Source: Ostreococcus lucimarinus (lineage: Eukaryota). From it: a stretch of 64,000 bases of DNA. This document shows, one piece after another, positions 56,429-64,000 of this stretch (its first letter is position 1; the number at the start of each line of letters is the position of its first letter). Position numbers and translations under genes: made by a program. Under the pieces are notes generated by a model. It had not been told where the DNA came from and searched no databases. It saw only the letters and a program-made list of their open reading frames with translations. The DNA lies in assembly GCA_000092065.1 (NCBI GenBank), contig CP000589.1. The stretch is one strand, 5' to 3'.

Positions 56429-58798
56429 CTACGCCTCGACGCGAGCAAAATTTGTCGAACCGGCGTGCGGGTCGGCGTCGACAAACTTTAGCGTCAGCGT
56501 CTCCCCCAACACCGCGCCGCGATCGAGCTTCACCACAGTTTCGTAGCCAAGGTCGTCGAAGATGACCAAAACTAAATCGTCGCCGCGAATAAACTTGACC
56601 ACCGTCGCCGTCCAACGCGCGTCCGCGGGCTGGGCGTCAAAGTACGCCGAAGCCCAATACTTTGACGTCTCGCGTTGAGAGCGAATCGCGCCACCAACGG
56701 TGGTACCGACGTCTTCGATGACGTTTTCCATCGATTGTTCGTCGAATGGAAGCGGTTCGCCTCGTAAGTACGCCTTGATTTGATGATGCGCCAAGACGTC
56801 GGCGTACCTGCGAATCGGCGACGTAAACTGCACGTACGCGCTCAAGCCGAGACCGGAGTGCGGACGGGGCGTAGCGCCACTCGTCGATGACGTCATGCAC
56901 GAACGCATAGCCATATCCTGACATATCCCTTCGGGGATTCCATCCCACTCGTCGTCGGACATCAAGCGCGGCTCGCCCTGACCTCGGAAAGGAAGCGGGA
57001 TATTTTCTCTCACGCCAAAGCGCGCGACGACGTCGCCGACGAGAACCATGAGCTCGGAGACGAGCATGCGCGCCGGCGTGTGACCATTGATTTTTGACAT
57101 TGTTATAGCGACGTCGCCGTCGCCTCCGCGCGCGGTGGCTCCTCGCACGTTGACTGAATTCTCGGGAAGAATGATGGTCACCGAACCGTCTTCGGCGCGA
57201 CGCTCGTCTCGCGCGCTCGCCACCTTGTACAACAATCGAAGTCCTTCATCGCACGTCGCGCTGTCGAGTTCGACGTCGACTTCATCGTACGTCCAACGTC
57301 GATCGAGCTTTACGAAACTCGGCATAATTTCAAAATCCATGATGTTACCCTCGCGATCGATGTCGGCGCGAACCGTCATCGCCTCGCTCGCGACGTCTGA
57401 CCTCGAGCCCAAAGACATCGGACCCGCGGCGATTTCCAGAGGAAACATCGGGACGATCTCCGTGGGGTAATACAGCGTCGTCGCGCGCTGACGCGCGATG
57501 GCGTCCAGCGGCGACCCGAGAGGGATCCATCGCGTCGGATCGGCGATGTGCACCCACACTCGAATCTGTCCGTCGTCGCCCAGCGCCTCGGCGCTCACCG
57601 CGTCGTCCACCTCAACCGTTTCAGCGTCGTCGATGGCGTACGCTCTTAGGTAAGTTAAATCCACGCGCGACGCGGCGTCGGCGTCGACTGGTTCATTAGA
57701 CAACACCTCCGCGCACGCTTTTGCGGTACCTTCGGGGAAATCAATCTGCACCCCATACTTGCGCACGGATAAATTTTCGTGTCGGCTCCACGTGCCGGTT
57801 GAAATCAACGTCTTCAACGCGCCCTCGGATGAGCGCGTGAACCCTAGTTTGCCGAGTAAATCGTCCGCCATCGCCTTCTCTCCGGCGGAATGGAATTTCT
57901 CGCCGAGCGCGTACGCTTCCAGCGCCTCTAATCGACGAACGCGCGCGTCGTTATCCTCGTCGCTCGGTCTCCATAGCGCGTCGCGATCGGGCTTTACTCC
58001 CGCGGGCGCCGCGGCGGCGGCTTTGATCTCATCCAAAAACGCTTCTTCCACCTTTGCTGCGCGAGATTCAGCTTCTGCTTTACGCTTAAGCGCGTCTATT
58101 TGATCCGCCGCGCGCGATTCGTACGTCCCTTTCGCCTTCAGTTTGAAATAAATACCCCCCATCGGCGAGCTCAACAGACGATGCGCGGCGAATTCCCTCG
58201 CGCCCGCGGGCGCGTTCGCGTCGTCTTCAAACATCAACTCGCTCACGTACGTCGCATCGCACACCTCCCCACTCTCTAACCCAAACTCATCGATCAGTTC
58301 CCACGCCCCTCGCAATAACGCATCCGCCTTCGCGCTCTCCGCCGCGTCTCGCGCGAAGCGTTCCATCGCTTCGCAGTCGCACTTCGCGCCAAAGTTAAAA
58401 TCAATCGCCTTCGCGTTCACCTTGACGCTTTCGCGTCCCGGCATCTCTCGCACCACCACTCCCGTTTTCCCGTCTCGTCGCTCCACCGTCCCGATTCGCA
58501 CCTCCCCGCGCCTCGAGTACGCCACGCCGTCGCCCGCCTCGACGTCGCCGCTCGCCGCGCGCGCCGCCGCGCGCGTCCCGCGTCCCCGCCCTCCCTCCGC
58601 GCGCGCCGACGCCCGCGTCGCGCGCGTCGTCGTCGCCGTTCGTCGTCGTCGCGCCGCCGTCGCGCGTCGTCGCCCGTCGCTCGCGTCCGCGCGCGCGCGC
58701 GACGCGCTCGCGGCGCCGAGCGCGCGGTCGACGCTCGCGCGCATCGCGAGCGCGCGTCGAGCGCCGATCTCGAGCGCGCGTCGCGACGCGCGGCGCAT
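56429..58798 (-). CDS. RNB-domain 3'-5' exoribonuclease (RNase II/R family, organellar RNR1-like) with an N-terminal presequence.
   Basis: The RNB catalytic motif 'LSAYVQFTSPIRRYADVLAHHQIKAYL' (compare 'HFTSPIRRYADLVVHR') is present. The upstream cold-shock / S1-like regions and the ~789-aa length fit. ATG at 58796-58798. Confidence 0.8.
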   Translation of the reverse strand: MRRASRRALEIGARRALAMRASVDRALGAASASRARADASDGRRRATAARRRRTATTTRATRASARAEGGRGRGTRAAARAASGDVEAGDGVAYSRRGEVRIGTVERRDGKTGVVVREMPGRESVKVNAKAIDFNFGAKCDCEAMERFARDAAESAKADALLRGAWELIDEFGLESGEVCDATYVSELMFEDDANAPAGAREFAAHRLLSSPMGGIYFKLKAKGTYESRAADQIDALKRKAEAESRAAKVEEAFLDEIKAAAAAPAGVKPDRDALWRPSDEDNDARVRRLEALEAYALGEKFHSAGEKAMADDLLGKLGFTRSSEGALKTLISTGTWSRHENLSVRKYGVQIDFPEGTAKACAEVLSNEPVDADAASRVDLTYLRAYAIDDAETVEVDDAVSAEALGDDGQIRVWVHIADPTRWIPLGSPLDAIARQRATTLYYPTEIVPMFPLEIAAGPMSLGSRSDVASEAMTVRADIDREGNIMDFEIMPSFVKLDRRWTYDEVDVELDSATCDEGLRLLYKVASARDERRAEDGSVTIILPENSVNVRGATARGGDGDVAITMSKINGHTPARMLVSELMVLVGDVVARFGVRENIPLPFRGQGEPRLMSDDEWDGIPEGICQDMAMRSCMTSSTSGATPRPHSGLGLSAYVQFTSPIRRYADVLAHHQIKAYLRGEPLPFDEQSMENVIEDVGTTVGGAIRSQRETSKYWASAYFDAQPADARWTATVVKFIRGDDLVLVIFDDLGYETVVKLDRGAVLGETLTLKFVDADPHAGSTNFARVEA

Positions 58799-58860
58799 TC
58801 TGAGGCGTCGCGCGTCGTCGCGTCGTCACGTCGCGACGCGCCGATTCGTTCGGCTTCGCC

Positions 58861-59358
58861 ATGCCGCGCGCGCCGCGACGCGACGCGCGCGGTGAGACGG
58901 CGTCCGCGCCGAGCGTCGACGACGGCGCGACGCGCGACGGCGCGCGAACGGCGTCGCGCGACGAGGCGAAGGAGGTCGAACCCGTCGCCGATCGCGCCGA
59001 CGACGACGGACTGCCGGGACACGCGGTGCAGCGCGGCGCGAACGCGAAGGAGAGAGCGGATGAATATTACGGATACGCCGACGCCTTGGCGTTCGCGCAG
59101 AAGGAGCGCGAGCGAGAGAGGAGCCGACGAAGACGGGCGAATCAGTCGTCGGCGGCGCGGGAACGCGAACGCGCGCGGTCGCAGCGAAGACGAGACGCGC
59201 TGAGCGAAGAAGCGAGACGCGCGCTGGCGGAGAAAAAGGTGCGGAAACGAATGGTGGAGAGACAGGAAAGGAATCACAACACCGCGGCGGCGGTGCTGGC
59301 GTCGCGATTGGACGACGAACGCGCGGCGACGAACGCGAGAGCGGCAAACGCGGAGTGA
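58861..59358 (+). CDS. Small charged hypothetical protein (coiled-coil, RE / RS-rich).
   Basis: ATG at 58861, between two divergent genes. 'ADEYYGYADALAFAQKERERERSRRRRAN' is present. Composition is less biased than the antisense frames, but there is no recognised domain. Confidence 0.2.
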   Translation: MPRAPRRDARGETASAPSVDDGATRDGARTASRDEAKEVEPVADRADDDGLPGHAVQRGANAKERADEYYGYADALAFAQKERERERSRRRRANQSSAARERERARSQRRRDALSEEARRALAEKKVRKRMVERQERNHNTAAAVLASRLDDERAATNARAANAE

Positions 59359-59608
59359 CGACGCGGCGAAGAAGCGTCGATCGGTGGTTGAATTCACCGC
59401 CGCGATCGATGTCGGACTACGTATATGAACTATTTTAAATTATGTGTAAGCGTGCAGTTTAGTTTAGTTTACGCGCGCGTCGACCCACCGCGCGAGCGAC
59501 TTTGCCCGTTTACGGCGTCGTTTCGCGCGCGCGTCGCCACTCCACGGCGCGTCGACCGAGCGCCCGTCGCCGTGACGTCTCGCGCGCGCGACTACTTGTC
59601 CGTTCGTC

Positions 59609-61426
59609 ATGCCCGGCGCCGCCGACGCGCGCGCGGCGGCGCAAAAGGGTGATAAGCAGCGCCAGAATGTTTTTGAACCGATGAGTGGGACGCGAATTTC
59701 AAATCGTCTCGTGTCCGGCGCCGTCGTGCGCGCGCGATTCGACGATCGCCGACACTGCGCGATCAAAGATTTAGAAAAGGAAATCGTCGGCAAGCACGGA
59801 TTCGTGGGCGTGGTGACGGAGGCGAGGATAAAGGTGAATGGAAGAGGTTCAAAGTACGCGCTGTGGACGGTGAGCGAGCTGCGCGGCGGCGGCGCGAGCG
59901 CGACGGTGTCGGTGTTCGGAGACGCGTACGCGGCGCACGGTGAAGACGAAAAGAAGGCGATAGGATTCATATGGGGAGTGTTTGATACGAAATTCTACCA
60001 ATCGCGAAGCGTGAGCGTGGAGGATGGAGGACAGTTGATGAAGATTGGCGCCGCCGCGGATTTCGGCGTGTGCAAGGCGACGAGGAAAGACGGGACGCCG
60101 TGCACGAAGGCTGTGAACGTGTCGGAGTGTAAGTTTTGTGAATTTCACGTCCCGAAAGCGATTCGTGAGGTGGCGAACGCGCAGCGACAGATGACGGGGA
60201 AGAGAAACGCGAATGGAGACTTCAAAGTCGGCTTGCAAAAGTACGGAGCGTCGATGCAACCGACGAGCGCTCGAGCGAGTCATTTACAGCGACCGGGCGA
60301 AGGCTTGATGAATGGCGGTCCCGCACCGAGCGCGAGAGCACAAGCGATCTTGAAGCAATCCAACGCACATCTCCCTCGCAACGCGTTCAAACCTAAGCGA
60401 ACGGGAGAGGAATTCGCGGCGAGACTGCACGCCAAGGCGCCGACGACGATGGCGCTCGAAGAGGAAGATTTGGACTTTGAAGACGATAAAGAGGCGCTCG
60501 CGACGCTCGCGAGGCAACACGCGGCGTCTATTGCTCAGACGCGTCAGGACGCGTCGCGTGCGAAGCAACGCGAAGTGGCAGAGCGGTTGAGAGCGACTGG
60601 ACTTACGCTAACAAAGCCAGACCCGAACGACACGTCGGCGAAGAAACCGACGACGACGGTGCGAGCGGAACCCAAACCGTTGCCCGAAACCCTGAAAGCG
60701 CATGGTTTACAGATGGCCACCGTGCAACAGTTAGAACGTAAGCTCAAGGCTGAGATTGCGCGTAGAGAGGCGCTGGAGAAGGAGAACGAAGAGTTGCGAC
60801 GTCAACTCGCCGAAGCGCGCGGCGCGCCTGCCTCGAGTTTCGCTCCAGCGCGGCCGGCGATGCGAGACGTGTCGAACAACGGCACCAAGTCCACGAGCGC
60901 GCCGTCGACTACGGCTAGATTATTCGGTCACGTCGCCGCGCCCGCGTTGAAGTCTCGATACGCCGCCGAAGCCGAAGAAGAAGACGTGGATCAAATGATG
61001 AAGAACATGGACGCGTTGGAAGAACGCGACCAGCTCGCCGCACAACTCGCGCTGAAACGCGAGGTCAAAGTCAAGGTGTACCATTGCACGGTGTGCGAGA
61101 AAAAGACCCGATTTTTTGATGTTGCGACTTGTAGAGAGCATCGCGACAGCGTGAAGCACGTGGATTCCATCATGCGATACTTCCGCTGTAAGGGGTGCAA
61201 CCGAACGAACACGTCGTTCGACTCGCTGACACCCAAGCACTGCGAGAAGAGTGGGTGTATGAGCGTGGCATTCGAGCGCGTCACCGTCGCGGACGTCACC
61301 ACCGCGGCGAAACCACGCAAAGAAGATTTGGTCGCCGTGGAGGGCAACGTGGCGAATCGAGACGCCCTCGCGCCGCGCGGCGTCGAACATGGTTTTAGGT
61401 TGGACACCATACACAATAGCGCTTAG
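59609..61426 (+). CDS. MCM10: MCM10 replication factor homolog with an internal OB-fold / CCCH zinc finger and a C-terminal double zinc-ribbon domain.
   Basis: Internal Zn finger: 'GVCKATRKDGTPCTKAVNVSECKFCEFH'. C-terminal domain: 'YHCTVCEKKTRFF...CREH' and 'YFRCKGCNRTNTSFDSLTPKHCEKSGCMSVAFERV', aligning to the vertebrate Mcm10 CTD 'FFKCPCGNRAISLDRLPNKHCKNCG...WERV'. ATG at 59609. Confidence 0.75.
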   Translation: MPGAADARAAAQKGDKQRQNVFEPMSGTRISNRLVSGAVVRARFDDRRHCAIKDLEKEIVGKHGFVGVVTEARIKVNGRGSKYALWTVSELRGGGASATVSVFGDAYAAHGEDEKKAIGFIWGVFDTKFYQSRSVSVEDGGQLMKIGAAADFGVCKATRKDGTPCTKAVNVSECKFCEFHVPKAIREVANAQRQMTGKRNANGDFKVGLQKYGASMQPTSARASHLQRPGEGLMNGGPAPSARAQAILKQSNAHLPRNAFKPKRTGEEFAARLHAKAPTTMALEEEDLDFEDDKEALATLARQHAASIAQTRQDASRAKQREVAERLRATGLTLTKPDPNDTSAKKPTTTVRAEPKPLPETLKAHGLQMATVQQLERKLKAEIARREALEKENEELRRQLAEARGAPASSFAPARPAMRDVSNNGTKSTSAPSTTARLFGHVAAPALKSRYAAEAEEEDVDQMMKNMDALEERDQLAAQLALKREVKVKVYHCTVCEKKTRFFDVATCREHRDSVKHVDSIMRYFRCKGCNRTNTSFDSLTPKHCEKSGCMSVAFERVTVADVTTAAKPRKEDLVAVEGNVANRDALAPRGVEHGFRLDTIHNSA

Positions 61427-61496
61427 ATCTAGTCTATAGTTTTCTAATACAAATACGCTGCTGAAGTAAGTATTCTTCTAATCGTTTCTAATCGTT

Positions 61497-63026
61497 TCAC
61501 GCGCTCGTTCTGCTCGCGAGCTCGCGTTCAAGTGGCTTGACGTAGCGCTCGTCGATGTCCGGTTGCAACTCGGCCGCCTCGCGCAAAATTTCCAAAGCGC
61601 GTTCTGGATCACCATTTAGCTTCAAGGCGCTCGCCAACGCCACTTTAACGCTAGCATCGGTTGGATTCAAACGATTAGCTTCGTATAACGCCTCGCTGGC
61701 CATGCCAAGATCACCTAGACGCGCGCGCGCGACGCCGGCGCCCATAAGCGCGCGCGAACGCCGTAAAGGATCCGGTTCGGCCCGCGCCGAATATTCATAC
61801 GTCAGCGCCGACTTTTTCCATTCTTTAAGCACGGCGTACGTTTGACCGAGCGCGAATAGTACCGTTGGATGTGATTTACCCAAATCTTCGCCTCGAAGCG
61901 CCGCCGCGACGTCGCCACCACCGCGAGCGGCGCGCAGCAACAAGTTCACCGCCTGCGCGTTGTTGTTCCCGGCGCGCTCCTTCGCCGCAGCCTTTACTAA
62001 CTCTAAAACTTCCGGCGACATCGCCACGTCCTCGCCACCTAGACCTTGGCTCGCGGCAATTTCACGCGTCACCTTGGCGAGCGCATTTATCCCGAGCGCT
62101 TCTCGAGCGAACGTCGTGGACAGCGCTCGGTTTTGCGCCAGCGCCCACGCGCTCGACGTGAGCCAGTAACAGTGCACCGCCTGCGGTAGCTGCATCCCGA
62201 TCACCAACATCGGCAGCGTCATCCACTCTAACACCAACTTGACAATCGTCATACCCCGAGATTGCGCCGCCGCGGACGCGAAATTCGCATTCACGTTCGC
62301 GAAGAGCGCCGCCGCCGTGAGCACGGGCAAAATACCTCCGTACGGCCCCATCGGCGCCGTCATCATCGCCACATCCACCGCGGGGACGGTCAAATCTTGA
62401 AACCACAGCGCGCCACCGGTGACGAGCCCATTGTTCGCCCCATCCGCCGCCAATCGACGCACAGCCATCACCGCGCACAGGAAGAATGGAATTTGCGCCA
62501 GCGGCCCCGCGACGAGCCACGCCGGGTGCGCGCCCGTCCCCGGAGCTTTCCCTCGCAACTCTCCGATCGCATCCAGAACATCTCGCACCCCCACGTGTTC
62601 GGAGTTTCCTCGTTTTCTAGATTTCGCCAGCGCGCTCGCCGCGCTCACCGTCGCGCTCGCCTTGATCGTTCGCGCGGATATAGGCGCCGTCGCCGCTCGA
62701 ACCAACGCCGCGCTCGCCGCGAGCGCGACGAACCAAGGCGCGCCCGTCGCCGCGTGCAGGTGCGTCATGGAATCGCTCATGAGCGACACCGCGTCGAACG
62801 CCGCGCTCGTGGACGCGCTCGAGGCGAAGCCGCGGCGCGAGGGCGTCGCCACGACGCTCGACGGTCCGACGACGTCACGACGCGACGACGACGACGACGA
62901 CGACGACGAGGCGCGCGCGCACGCGATCGCGGGGACGGCGGACGACGGGAAAGGCGAAGCGAGCGGCGCTTGGACGTCGCACAGACGACGCAAGGCGCGC
63001 ATCGCGGCGCGGTTTCGATGAGCCAT
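61497..63026 (-). CDS. Oxa1/YidC/Alb3-family membrane insertase with a C-terminal TPR domain (plant OXA2-like).
   Basis: Insertase core: 'WFQDLTVPAVD' (compare Oxa1 'WFTDLTIPDP') plus 5 transmembrane segments. C-terminal TPR repeats: 'LFALGQTYAVLKEWKKSALTYEYSARAEPD...ANRLNPTDASVKVALASALKLNGDPERALEIL'. ATG at 63024-63026. Confidence 0.75.
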   Translation of the reverse strand: MAHRNRAAMRALRRLCDVQAPLASPFPSSAVPAIACARASSSSSSSSSRRDVVGPSSVVATPSRRGFASSASTSAAFDAVSLMSDSMTHLHAATGAPWFVALAASAALVRAATAPISARTIKASATVSAASALAKSRKRGNSEHVGVRDVLDAIGELRGKAPGTGAHPAWLVAGPLAQIPFFLCAVMAVRRLAADGANNGLVTGGALWFQDLTVPAVDVAMMTAPMGPYGGILPVLTAAALFANVNANFASAAAQSRGMTIVKLVLEWMTLPMLVIGMQLPQAVHCYWLTSSAWALAQNRALSTTFAREALGINALAKVTREIAASQGLGGEDVAMSPEVLELVKAAAKERAGNNNAQAVNLLLRAARGGGDVAAALRGEDLGKSHPTVLFALGQTYAVLKEWKKSALTYEYSARAEPDPLRRSRALMGAGVARARLGDLGMASEALYEANRLNPTDASVKVALASALKLNGDPERALEILREAAELQPDIDERYVKPLERELASRTSA

Positions 63027-63147
63027 CGCGGGCGCGAGGTCGCGCGACGCGCCGCGAAGTGCGGCGAGGCGACGCCTTCACGCGCACGCGAAGCGACGTT
63101 TCGGGATGCATGCGGTGGTTTCTATCGTGAGAAATGAACTAAGTGTA

Positions 63148-63999
63148 CTAAACATTTCTATCTTTCGGGGCGACGTAATCCAATTGTAATGCGTCGAAGA
63201 TGTCTTTTTCGTCGCGAACGCGAACGCGCGAAGCCGCGGCTTCGGACCGGTCGCGGAACAAGCCTTTGTCTTGCAAGGCATAACCTTTGCGCTTAGCCCA
63301 CAATCGCATGCTTCGATTAAACTTGTCGCTACCGGTGAAGTAGAGCAATGCCGTGGGAAATGCGTCGGTTTCGTAGACTTTGATGTCGATTCTGCGATGC
63401 ACGGGCGGTGCCTGGTCATCCGCGCGTAGGGGCTGCTGAAGAGCGGCGACTCCCATGTACTGCACGTCGCCGACTTGCAAGTCATCCGTCAAGATTCCAC
63501 TTCGTGGGCTTGGGCTACCCGCGCGCAAGTCGTTCAGTATGTGCATCAATAGGTCGTTGGCGAGAGAGACGTCGCGACACTCGACCAAAACGTCGACGTC
63601 GCCCGAATCTGCTTTGCCTCTGCGGAAAGAGCCAACGCAGTAGCATCGCACTTCATCCTTCATGAACGTATTCGCCGCCTCACGAACAGCGGTAGCGATG
63701 TGACTGACTTCTTCGCGTGGTATACGTTGCTTGAATTCTTCGTAATACTTCAGACCGATCCACTGCGTCGGCGTGAGAGTGTCACGCGGTACGCCCGGCG
63801 CACGCAAGTCTGCGAGGGATTTGTACCCTTTGTCGAAGAGCTTTCGAGCGGTGACAGGGCCGACGCCGTGGATCCCGGAGAGTTCTACGCACGATTTCAC
63901 ATCTGGCCTCTGACGTAAACTTTGCAGCGCCGTCAGCTTACCAGTGGTCAATATCTCTTGCACGTACTTGCGTATCTTGCCGTCCCGTTTTTTCAACAT
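63148..63999 (-). CDS. DNA polymerase X family (Pol beta/lambda-like). It is probably 5'-truncated by the window end.
   Basis: 'GSFRRGKADSGDVDVLV', 'HRRIDIKVY', 'FTGSDKFNRSMRLWAKRKGYAL' and 'DIFDALQLDYVAPKDR' match Pol beta palm/thumb motifs. The N-terminal 'KIRKYVQEILTTGKL' aligns to the middle of the 8-kDa lyase domain, so upstream coding sequence is expected beyond position 64000. Confidence 0.75.
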   Translation of the reverse strand: MLKKRDGKIRKYVQEILTTGKLTALQSLRQRPDVKSCVELSGIHGVGPVTARKLFDKGYKSLADLRAPGVPRDTLTPTQWIGLKYYEEFKQRIPREEVSHIATAVREAANTFMKDEVRCYCVGSFRRGKADSGDVDVLVECRDVSLANDLLMHILNDLRAGSPSPRSGILTDDLQVGDVQYMGVAALQQPLRADDQAPPVHRRIDIKVYETDAFPTALLYFTGSDKFNRSMRLWAKRKGYALQDKGLFRDRSEAAASRVRVRDEKDIFDALQLDYVAPKDRNV

Positions 64000-64000
64000 C

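Noticed and set aside
1-64000. Prokaryotic interpretation (operons, GTG / TTG starts, CRISPR, rho-independent terminators).
   Set aside because: Several gene contents are exclusively eukaryotic: spliceosome factor BUD13, ribosomal protein L6e, SNARE, epsin, MAPK, MCM10, nuclear-encoded plastocyanin with transit peptide, and MIC10. Spliceosomal introns with GT...AG boundaries restore conserved proteins. No repeat-spacer arrays are present; the repeats seen are microsatellites. Alternative start codons in the ORF track are an artefact of the caller.
1-64000. tRNA / rRNA / snRNA genes and mobile elements.
   Set aside because: Scanning by eye found no cloverleaf-compatible GTTCGA / TTCGAAT T-loop contexts, no rRNA-like conserved stretches, and no reverse transcriptase, integrase or transposase motifs in any frame. 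I cannot exclude small ncRNAs without covariance-model searches.

Overview
This window is GC-rich (roughly 65-70% by eye) eukaryotic nuclear DNA, not prokaryotic. The gene set indicates a photosynthetic eukaryote: plastocyanin, a PsbP-like protein, fibrillin, a TPT translocator, a phage-type organellar RNA polymerase, MIC10, OXA2 and RPL6. Several predicted products carry organellar transit peptides or twin-arginine lumen signals. Spliceosomal introns with GTGCG / GTACGT donors are present in at least three genes. Genes are very densely packed and mostly lack introns, which together with the GC content suggests a Mamiellophyceae-type green alga such as Micromonas. That assignment is inference only.

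The supplied ORF track treats GTG and TTG as starts and reports many long arginine/alanine/proline-rich antisense ORFs, which is typical of GC-rich DNA. Several long 'ORFs' are in fact chimeras of a real gene plus the antisense of a neighbouring gene. Real coding regions were recognised here by conserved domain motifs read directly from the translations.

About 44 protein-coding genes are called on both strands. No rRNA, tRNA, CRISPR array or mobile element was recognised by eye.

The most interesting loci are:
- an RNase L / IRE1-like pseudokinase + KEN endoribonuclease gene with a ~790-residue unassigned N-terminal region;
- a bacterial-type RavA (MoxR-family AAA+) ATPase gene divergent from a thylakoid-lumen PsbP-like gene;
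- three newly modelled introns, including a 5-nt first exon in RPL6 and a 23-codon P-loop first exon of a dynamin/GBP-like GTPase;
- a fibrillin gene hidden antisense to a mis-extended ORF;
- numerous in-frame microsatellites.
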